Source: an uncultured Bacteroidales bacterium
Lineage (GTDB): Bacteria > Bacteroidota > Bacteroidia > Bacteroidales > VadinHA17
Assembly (NCBI GenBank): GCA_963736675.1
Contig: CAVTPT010000002.1
Location: forward strand, 352,361-416,360
Direction of reading: 5' to 3'
Length of the DNA stretch: 64,000 nt
The notes beneath the pieces were generated by a model. The model did not search any database. It saw only the letters and a list, made by a program, of their open reading frames with translations, and was not told the DNA's origin. The position numbers were made by a program, and so were the translations under genes. Positions 56,843 through 64,000 of this stretch are shown here, in pieces. The first letter of the stretch is position 1. Every line of letters begins with the position of its first letter.

Positions 56843-59467
56843 TTATAAACCCTTTAAAGCCTCCTCAAGAGATCTTATCTTTAGTTCGGTATCGCTCTTC
56901 TTCTTCCGTTCCATGTCAAGGACATTTGCCGGAGCATTTTTAACAAATCTCTCATTATCAAGCTTTTTCATTACAGAAACAAGAAAGCCCCTGTAATATT
57001 CAAGATCTGTCATTATCTTTTTCTTTTCACTTTCAACATCAAGGCGGCCGGCCAGCGGAACATAAAATTCTTTAGTACCTATCATAAAAGAGGCTGCCCC
57101 ATCCTGAATGCTGCCGACATAATTGATACCCGAGAGATTGCAGAGTTTTTTAATAACCGGCGAAAAACCTGTCTCACTGTTCTCTCTGTCATTTCTTACC
57201 AGCAACTCTATTTCATCTTTTACCGGTATCTGCTTATCCTTTCTTATGCTTCTGACAGCGCTTACAGTCTCCTTAACAAGTTCAAAATCAGCTATAAGGT
57301 CTTTGTCAAATTTTTTTACTGCGGGCATCCTGCTGATCATAATGCTCTCTCCGGGCGCCCGTACCTCAATAATCTGCCATATCTCCTCTGTTATAAATGG
57401 CATGAAGGGATGGATTATCTTCAGGAGCTTATCAAAGACTGAGATCGTCGCATCATATGTAACCCTGTCAACAGGGTGCCTGTAAGCAGGCTTGATTATC
57501 TCCAGATACCATCCCGAGAACTCATCCCAGAATAATTTGTAAGTTATCATCAGGGCTTCGGAAATCCTGAATTTCCTGAAGTTGGCATCTATCTCTGCCG
57601 TCCGCTTTTTCAGTATCTCATTCATCCACCTGACAGCCATTTGGGACGATTCAGGTTGCCCTATCTCCTCATCAACCTTCCAGCTATTTACAAGTCTGAA
57701 AGCATTCCATATCTTGTTGGCGAAGTTCCTTCCCTGTTCGGGCAGGCTGTCGTCGTATAAAAGATCATTGCCTGCAGGTGAACATAATAACATTCCCACC
57801 CTTACCCCGTCAGCTCCGTACTTATCAATAAGAACAAGCGGTTCAGGGGAGTTCCCCAGCGATTTTGACATCTTCCTTCTTTGCTGGTCGCGAACCAATC
57901 CTGTCAGATATACATTGCTGAAAGGTTTTTTACCCTGGTACTCATATCCTGCAATTATCATCCGTGCCACCCAGAAAAAGAGAATCTCCGGAGCGGTTAT
58001 AAGATCATTGGTCGGATAGTAGTATTTAAGATCGAGGTTTTCAGGATCATTTATTCCGTCGAATGATGTTATAGGCCAGAGCCACGACGAAAACCAGGTG
58101 TCAAGGACATCCTCGTCCTGCCTCAGATCACTTTCATTCAAGGTGTCGTTCCCGCTCTTTTCCCTTGCAAGGGTCAATGCTTCCGATATATTCCATGCCA
58201 CAACAAATTCGTTATTATCGTAATACCAGGCTGGGATCCTGTGTCCCCACCAGAGCTGACGGCTTATGCACCAGTCGCGTACATTCTCCATCCAGTGCCT
58301 GTACAGGTTCCTGAATTTTGAAGGGTGGAGATGAACATCCCCGTTAAGGACTGCTTCGAGGGCAGGATGGGATAATTCCTTCATTTTCAGGAACCATTGC
58401 ATCGACAGCTTAGGTTCGATCACTGCATTTGTCCGCTCAGAACGGCCTATCTTATTATTATATGGAACAACTTTAATAAGGTTACCTGTCCTCCTCAGTT
58501 CCTTTTCTGCAAGCTCCCTTGCCACAAACCGGTCGGTACCTTCGAACAGACCCGCCTGCCGGCTCATGGTCCCGTTATCATTAAAAACATCAATGGACGG
58601 CAGGTTGTGCCTTAATCCAATTTCGTAGTCATTGATATCGTGCGCCGGAGTTATCTTCAGACAACCGGTACCAAACTCCATATCAACATAGCTGTCAAAA
58701 ATAAAAGGGACCTCCCTGTCAGCCATCGGGACGATAACTTTTTTACCCTGCAGGTGACTGAATCTTTCATCGGCAGGATTGGCGCATACCGCAGTATCAC
58801 CTAATATTGTCTCGGGACGTGTTGTGGCAACCATCACATAATCCTCTTCCCCTGCTATCTTATAACTGACATAATAGAGTTTCGATCTCTCCTCAGTATA
58901 GTTTACCTCTTCATCCGAGACAGCAGTCATGGCTTCCGGATCCCAGTTAACCATTCGTACACCGCGGTAAATGAGGCCTTTGTTATAAAGGTCAACAAAT
59001 ACTTTAATGACCGAGTCATATCTTTTCTCATCCATTGTGAACAGGGTCCTCTCCCAGTCACATGAGGCTCCAAGCTTTTTAAGCTGTTCAAGTATTATTC
59101 CGCCATGTTTCTCTGTCCATTCCCAGGCATGACGAAGGAACTCATCCCGTGTCAGATCTCTTTTATCGATACCTTCTGCCTTCAGTTTTGCCACGACTTT
59201 TGCTTCAGTGGCTATAGAGGCATGATCTGTTCCCGGTACCCAGCAGGCATTCTTACCCATCATCCTGGCCCGGCGAACGAGAACATCCTGAATAGTATTG
59301 TTGAGCATATGACCCATATGCAGTACCCCTGTCACATTCGGAGGGGGGATTACAATGGTGTATGGCTCTCTCTCATCAGGGATGCTGCGGAAAAATCCGT
59401 TTTCCATCCAGTATTTATACCATTTGTTCTCTGTAGCAACAGGTTCGTATCTCGAAGGGATCTCCAT
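56843..59467 (-). CDS. valS: Valine--tRNA ligase
   Basis: [13 protein letters not shown] (HIGH), KMSKS and a C-terminal coiled coil; 874 aa. Confidence 0.9.
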   Translation of the reverse strand: MEIPSRYEPVATENKWYKYWMENGFFRSIPDEREPYTIVIPPPNVTGVLHMGHMLNNTIQDVLVRRARMMGKNACWVPGTDHASIATEAKVVAKLKAEGIDKRDLTRDEFLRHAWEWTEKHGGIILEQLKKLGASCDWERTLFTMDEKRYDSVIKVFVDLYNKGLIYRGVRMVNWDPEAMTAVSDEEVNYTEERSKLYYVSYKIAGEEDYVMVATTRPETILGDTAVCANPADERFSHLQGKKVIVPMADREVPFIFDSYVDMEFGTGCLKITPAHDINDYEIGLRHNLPSIDVFNDNGTMSRQAGLFEGTDRFVARELAEKELRRTGNLIKVVPYNNKIGRSERTNAVIEPKLSMQWFLKMKELSHPALEAVLNGDVHLHPSKFRNLYRHWMENVRDWCISRQLWWGHRIPAWYYDNNEFVVAWNISEALTLAREKSGNDTLNESDLRQDEDVLDTWFSSWLWPITSFDGINDPENLDLKYYYPTNDLITAPEILFFWVARMIIAGYEYQGKKPFSNVYLTGLVRDQQRRKMSKSLGNSPEPLVLIDKYGADGVRVGMLLCSPAGNDLLYDDSLPEQGRNFANKIWNAFRLVNSWKVDEEIGQPESSQMAVRWMNEILKKRTAEIDANFRKFRISEALMITYKLFWDEFSGWYLEIIKPAYRHPVDRVTYDATISVFDKLLKIIHPFMPFITEEIWQIIEVRAPGESIMISRMPAVKKFDKDLIADFELVKETVSAVRSIRKDKQIPVKDEIELLVRNDRENSETGFSPVIKKLCNLSGINYVGSIQDGAASFMIGTKEFYVPLAGRLDVESEKKKIMTDLEYYRGFLVSVMKKLDNERFVKNAPANVLDMERKKKSDTELKIRSLEEALKGL

Positions 59468-59660
59468 TTCAGTAAATGAGTCTTAATTAAAAATCAGAAA
59501 TGCAAAAATATGAAAATTACTGATATGCGGCATCAAAGAATCCGGAGAACCCTGCTGTGTTACCGGAAACCTTTTAAAGATGCAATAAATCATTTCAACA
59601 GCAGTTTAATTTATTTATTTTTGTCACAGTCATTTATTATGAGATTAAAGTAAAATTATT

Positions 59661-60857
59661 ATGCCATCAATATCCGAAAAAGGAAGATCAATGCCAGCCT
59701 CTCCGATAAGAAAGCTGGTACCATTTGCTGAAGAGGCTAAAAGAAAAGGAAGAAAAGTATACCATCTCAATATTGGTCAGCCAGATATCCCCACCCCCGA
59801 AGTTGCCCTGAATGCTGTCAGAAACATTGACCTCAAAGTGATCGAGTACAGTCATTCAGCCGGTAACGAATCATATCGTCGCAAGCTGGCCGGTTTTTAC
59901 CGGAACCTTGGAATCAATGTGGACCATAATGAAATTCTTATCACTACGGGAGGATCGGAAGCCATCCTGTTCACACTTATGACCTGTGTCAATCCGGGTG
60001 AAGAGGTTATCACACCTGAGCCTTTTTATGCCAATTATAACGGATTCGCCACTGCCGCCGGAATTAATATCGTACCGGTAACATCGTCAATCAAAAACGA
60101 TTTTGCTCTTCCTCCCATAAATGAGATCGAGAAAAAAATAACTCCCCTGACCAGGGCAATAATAGTCTGTAATCCAAACAATCCTACCGGATACCTTTAC
60201 TCAAAGGAAGAACTGCTTCAACTGAGGGATATAATAAAGAAATATGATCTTTTCCTTTTTTCGGATGAATCGTACCGCGAGTTCTGCTACGATGGGGCCA
60301 TACATTTTTCGGCAATGAACCTCGGCGACATTGAGCAGAACGTTATCATGCTCGACTCAGTTTCGAAGCGATACAGTGAGTGCGGTGTCCGTATCGGGGC
60401 TCTTGTCACAAAGAACAATGAAGTCATCTCCACGGCGCTGAAATTTGCCCAGGCCCGTCTCTCCCCTCCCGGACTTGGACAAATAGCAGGTGAAGCATCC
60501 ATAGATACTCCCCCGGATTATTTTTCTATCGTGAACAGGGAATATACTGCCCGCCGTAATTTCATGGTGGAAGCCCTCAACAAGATGCCCGGTGTCTATT
60601 GCCCAAAACCAAGAGGTGCCTTTTATGCCGTTGTAAAATTACCGGTCGATGACTCCGATAAATTCGCCCAGTGGCTCCTTGAAGAATTTGAATATAAGAA
60701 TCAGACGGTAATGGTTGCCCCTGCATCAGGATTCTATCATACCCCGGGTCTGGGAAAGAATGAGGTAAGGATTGCTTATGTACTGAATACCGGTGATCTG
60801 AAGAATGCCATGGAGACTCTTTCCGAAGCTTTGAAAGTCTATCCGGGAAGGTGTTAA
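59661..60857 (+). CDS. Class I/II PLP-dependent aminotransferase (aspartate/aromatic type)
   Basis: NPNNPTG and SVSKRYSECGVRIG, which carries the PLP lysine. Confidence 0.8.
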   Translation: MPSISEKGRSMPASPIRKLVPFAEEAKRKGRKVYHLNIGQPDIPTPEVALNAVRNIDLKVIEYSHSAGNESYRRKLAGFYRNLGINVDHNEILITTGGSEAILFTLMTCVNPGEEVITPEPFYANYNGFATAAGINIVPVTSSIKNDFALPPINEIEKKITPLTRAIIVCNPNNPTGYLYSKEELLQLRDIIKKYDLFLFSDESYREFCYDGAIHFSAMNLGDIEQNVIMLDSVSKRYSECGVRIGALVTKNNEVISTALKFAQARLSPPGLGQIAGEASIDTPPDYFSIVNREYTARRNFMVEALNKMPGVYCPKPRGAFYAVVKLPVDDSDKFAQWLLEEFEYKNQTVMVAPASGFYHTPGLGKNEVRIAYVLNTGDLKNAMETLSEALKVYPGRC

Positions 60858-60905
60858 AAATAATCTTGTTTTTATTTATATTGCGGGCCGAAATTTGATC
60901 CGCAA

Positions 60906-61718
60906 ATGAAGAACATGAAAATCGCTATCCTTGGAGGCGGCAACCTGGGCACCTCTCTGGCAAAAGGCCTCATCGCCTCCAAACAGTTCCAGTATTCTGA
61001 AATTACCGTTACCGATAAGCGCGAGACACGAATCACCCACCTCAGGAATCTTGGTTTCGAGGCATCAGACGACAGCAGGAAAGCTGTTCAGCTTGCCGGA
61101 ATTATAATAATGTCAGTAAAACCTCAGCAATTCAACGACCTGGCTGAGGAGATAAAGGATGTAATAACCCACGATCACATTGTCATTTCAACAGTTACAG
61201 GTGTTACATTCAGGGATATAGAGTCAATTTTAGGAAAGGTACCGATGGTCCGGATAATGCCAAATACTGCGCTCGAGATCTGTGAATCGATGACATGCAT
61301 CTCTTTCAGAAACACGCTGCCTGAACAGGAAGAAAAAATTGTGTCCGTTTTTGAAAAAATGGGAAAGACAATCATAATCCAGGAAGATCTGATGGGTGCA
61401 GCAACAGTTATTGGCGCCTGCGGGATAGCATTTGCGCTCAGGTTCATGCGTGCAATGTCGCAGGGAGGTGTCGAGATAGGTTTTAATTCCGAGATATCGC
61501 AGCTTATTACATCCCAAACTGTTAAAGGGGCTGCACTCCTGATCATTGAGACTGACAACCATCCTGAAATGGAGATTGACAAGGTGACAACGCCACAGGG
61601 AATAACAATCTCGGGTCTGAATGAGATGGAACATCAGGGTCTTAGTTCAGCTGTCATCCGCGGATTAATGACATCATTCAATAAACTCGAGAACCTGGGA
61701 TCAAAAACCAAAAAGTAA
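60906..61718 (+). CDS. proC: Pyrroline-5-carboxylate reductase
   Basis: IAILGGGNLG is a Rossmann motif, with VRIMPNTA and TTPQGITISGL. Confidence 0.85.
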   Translation: MKNMKIAILGGGNLGTSLAKGLIASKQFQYSEITVTDKRETRITHLRNLGFEASDDSRKAVQLAGIIIMSVKPQQFNDLAEEIKDVITHDHIVISTVTGVTFRDIESILGKVPMVRIMPNTALEICESMTCISFRNTLPEQEEKIVSVFEKMGKTIIIQEDLMGAATVIGACGIAFALRFMRAMSQGGVEIGFNSEISQLITSQTVKGAALLIIETDNHPEMEIDKVTTPQGITISGLNEMEHQGLSSAVIRGLMTSFNKLENLGSKTKK

Positions 61719-61732
61719 GAAATGAATTTCAC

Positions 61733-62917
61733 TTATTTATAGAGCAGGTACTTCTGCCTGATCGCGGAGAATTTCCTGAGACCCTCTTTCCAGGTACTTT
61801 TTATCTCCTCTGAACTCATTCCCTTCTGTATCTGCTCCCTTAAAACCGGACCTCCCGCAAGTACATCAAAATAGGGAATAAAGAATTTATCCTTTTCCGG
61901 ATAATCATTCCAGGCATCGATAAGCCAGTCGAGATTAATTCCAGGCTTTGGAACAAAACCCATCTTTATTGACTCCCTCAGATCGGTACCGAAACATTTT
62001 ACTCCCGCAAGCGGAGGATTTTTTGCTCCCGGCAGACTACGGGGCGTAAAACTGAATCCCCGGTCAGGCAGCAAAGGTGATCCATATACCTGGAAAGGGA
62101 ATCCGGTGCCCCTGCCAGGTGAAACCTTTGTACCCTCAAAGAAACAGAGCGAAGGGTAAAGGTATACTGAAGTCTGGTTCGGCAGGTTCGGCGAGGGTTT
62201 CACAGGTAGTTCATAGAGGGTTTCGTGAGTGTAGTTTTTACACTTAATGACGGTCAGGTCGCACTGGATCCCATTCTTAAGCCAGCCTTCCCCATTGACC
62301 ATCAGAGCATATTCACCAACAGTCATTCCATGAACAATTGGAACGGCATGCATCCCGGTAAATGAGCTGTATGCTGTGTCGAGGATATTTCCATCGATAT
62401 AAAAGCCATTAGGATTCGGCCTGTCAAACACAATGCATTTCACATTATTCTCGGCACATGCCTCCATAACATAGCAAAGCGTCGAAACATAAGTATAGAA
62501 CCTTACTCCCACATCCTGGATATCAAAAATGACAATGTCGATTCCTTTCAGGTCGTCAGGAGAAGGCTTACGGTGAGAGCCATAGAGGCTTATGACAGGC
62601 AGTCCTGTACCTGCGTCCTTTGTGTCATCAATAATTTCCCCGTCTGATGCAAGATCGCGGAATCCATGCTCGGCAGCAAAAATGGCTGTTAATCCATCAG
62701 GATTGATTTCTTTATTCATAAGGTAATCAACAAGATGGATCTGCCCTACCATTGAAGTCTGGTTAGCCACCACAGCAACCGACCTGCCTTTTATAAGATG
62801 GCCGTAGAGCTCTATCTGCTCAGCCCCGGTTACCGGAACATCCTTTGCACCACGGCAGGCAACCGGAATGACTATTATTGTAGTTATGAACAAGATGAAG
62901 GATCCGCTTTTTATCAT
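61733..62917 (-). CDS. DUF1343-family protein (NamZ-like exo-muramidase family)
   Basis: IDIVIFDIQDVGVRFYTYVSTL and FDRPNPNG. Confidence 0.7.
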   Translation of the reverse strand: MIKSGSFILFITTIIVIPVACRGAKDVPVTGAEQIELYGHLIKGRSVAVVANQTSMVGQIHLVDYLMNKEINPDGLTAIFAAEHGFRDLASDGEIIDDTKDAGTGLPVISLYGSHRKPSPDDLKGIDIVIFDIQDVGVRFYTYVSTLCYVMEACAENNVKCIVFDRPNPNGFYIDGNILDTAYSSFTGMHAVPIVHGMTVGEYALMVNGEGWLKNGIQCDLTVIKCKNYTHETLYELPVKPSPNLPNQTSVYLYPSLCFFEGTKVSPGRGTGFPFQVYGSPLLPDRGFSFTPRSLPGAKNPPLAGVKCFGTDLRESIKMGFVPKPGINLDWLIDAWNDYPEKDKFFIPYFDVLAGGPVLREQIQKGMSSEEIKSTWKEGLRKFSAIRQKYLLYK

Positions 62918-62928
62918 AATATAGTTTT

Positions 62929-63013
62929 GATTTTAATGGTCTGATGTATTCCACATTTTGACAAAATAATATTTATAAGTGTTTGTGTTAGCATACCATG
63001 TGGATTTTCATCC
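62929..63013 (-). repeat. ~85-nt hairpin element, copy 3
   Basis: The minus strand reads gatgaaaatccacatgg-[...]-atgtggaatacatcagaccattaaaatc. It ends about 12 nt before the DUF1343 ATG (62917). Confidence 0.65.
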
Positions 63014-63190
63014 GATAAATTATTATTAACGTAAAACTAACATTTTTTGGACAATCCCGGATTATCTGTCGCCAGGTCATCTGATGGTTCTTCTGTTTCA
63101 TCCGTCTTAACCCATATTAAGGAGGGTGAATCCGCAATAATATAGATTACCCCGGAGAATTTATTAATTTTGACCCTGTTAAATCAAAAT

Positions 63191-64000
63191 ATGAATCTGC
63201 CATATTTCATAGCAAAGAGACTTATAAAAGGGAGGCGTGAGGGTACATCATTTTCACGGCCTATAAATGTAATTGCCATAGTCGGGATAGCCATCGGACT
63301 TGCAGTCATGATACTTGCTGTCTCAATACTCACCGGTTTTAAGCAGCAGATCAGGGAAAAAGTTGCTGGTTTCGGGTCACACATCCAGGTGCTGAACTTC
63401 GATTCAAACATTTCGTTTGAGACCACTCCAATCAGCGATACTCAGCCCTTTATCCCCCGGATAAAACAGATACCCGGGATAAAACATACCCAGGTCTTTG
63501 CCACAAAGGCCGGCATAATAAAGACCGAAGATGATATCCAGGGAGTTGTCCTGAAAGGTGTGGGAAGCGACTTCGACTGGGATTATTTCAAAAGCAATTT
63601 AGTCGACGGGGATCTCTTTTCTGTCACCGATACAGGCCGGACTGACGACGTGCTAATCTCAAAAAAGATATCAGACCTGCTCAGCCTAAAAACCGGGGAC
63701 TCTTTTGCCATGCATTTTGTTCAGGATCCTCCCCGAAGCAGAAAATTTACGATCAGCGGCATCTACGAAACAAGCCTTGAGGAGTTCGACAAGATGTATG
63801 TATTCTGTGATATAGGACATATCAAACGCCTGAACGGATGGAGCGACGACCAGGTAAGCGGATTTGAGATATATATCGATGATTTCGACAAACTCGATGA
63901 GATGACTCTCTCAGTCAGGGATGCCATAGGTTACAGGATCACTGAAGATGAGTCACAGTTTAAAGTCACCAACATAAAGATAAAATATCCACAGATCTTT
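63191..64000 (+). CDS. LolE/FtsX-type ABC permease, 5' part (runs off the window)
   Basis: This ORF is not in the supplied track. The ATG at 63191 opens a frame that stays open for 270 codons to the window end: MNLPYFIAKRLIKGRREGTSFSRPINVIAIVGIAIGLAVMILAVSILTGFKQQIREKV... Confidence 0.75.
   Translation, partial: MNLPYFIAKRLIKGRREGTSFSRPINVIAIVGIAIGLAVMILAVSILTGFKQQIREKVAGFGSHIQVLNFDSNISFETTPISDTQPFIPRIKQIPGIKHTQVFATKAGIIKTEDDIQGVVLKGVGSDFDWDYFKSNLVDGDLFSVTDTGRTDDVLISKKISDLLSLKTGDSFAMHFVQDPPRSRKFTISGIYETSLEEFDKMYVFCDIGHIKRLNGWSDDQVSGFEIYIDDFDKLDEMTLSVRDAIGYRITEDESQFKVTNIKIKYPQIF

Overview
No similarity search or folding was run. All calls come from reading the ORF translations and the DNA by eye, so family names are motif recognition, not database hits.

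The window looks like a Bacteroidota chromosomal segment. Support: a PorP/SprF gene next to a cargo protein with a T9SS type-B C-terminal domain, a fused SecDF, a propeller/Y_Y_Y sensor, DUF4783, and TAnnTTTG-type promoter boxes.

Layout:
- 0.2-3.2 kb: an M1 metallopeptidase in many frame pieces.
- 3.7-13.6 kb: an arsenic / thiol-redox accessory locus with two divergent units around an arsR/arsC promoter gap. Leftward: arsC, a four-helix-bundle (4HB) gene, arsM, a second 4HB gene, ACR3. Rightward: arsR, Trx-like and DsbD-like proteins, an ArsP-like permease, two CMD/AhpD-like proteins, a Trx, a rhodanese. A second arsR and a thioredoxin-gene remnant close the locus.
- 13.6-16.5 kb: prfC and a CDF metal exporter.
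- 16.9-24.1 kb: a glycan locus with GH27+NPCBM, a GDP-mannose-3,5-epimerase-like SDR, a cytidylyltransferase-GHMP kinase fusion, GH29, a RhaM-type mutarotase and LacI.
- 24.1-37.7 kb: housekeeping and envelope genes (ABC ATPase, TatA, SecDF, TolC/FtsX-permease/adaptor efflux, glmM, pseudouridine synthase, era, der).
- 38.3-52.4 kb: a T9SS adhesin module flanked by a propeller-PP2C phosphatase and a 1232-aa histidine kinase.
- 52.5-64 kb: housekeeping (rlmH, nadC, yihY, valS, aminotransferase, proC, DUF1343, a partial lolE-like permease).

Most unusual signals:
- Two 4HB (IVS-protein/Avd-fold) genes are each bracketed by inverted (ATTTTCAA)n arrays inside the ars operon.
- The same oriented 8-nt array sits just before the start codons of four genes.
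- A TTTCG-N8-CGAAA dyad occurs three times near the arsR genes.
- A ~85-nt hairpin element occurs three times, each just upstream of an unrelated gene.
- At least 18 frame-breaking indels are confined to the first ~15 kb.

No rRNA, tRNA, CRISPR array, transposase or integrase was recognised.
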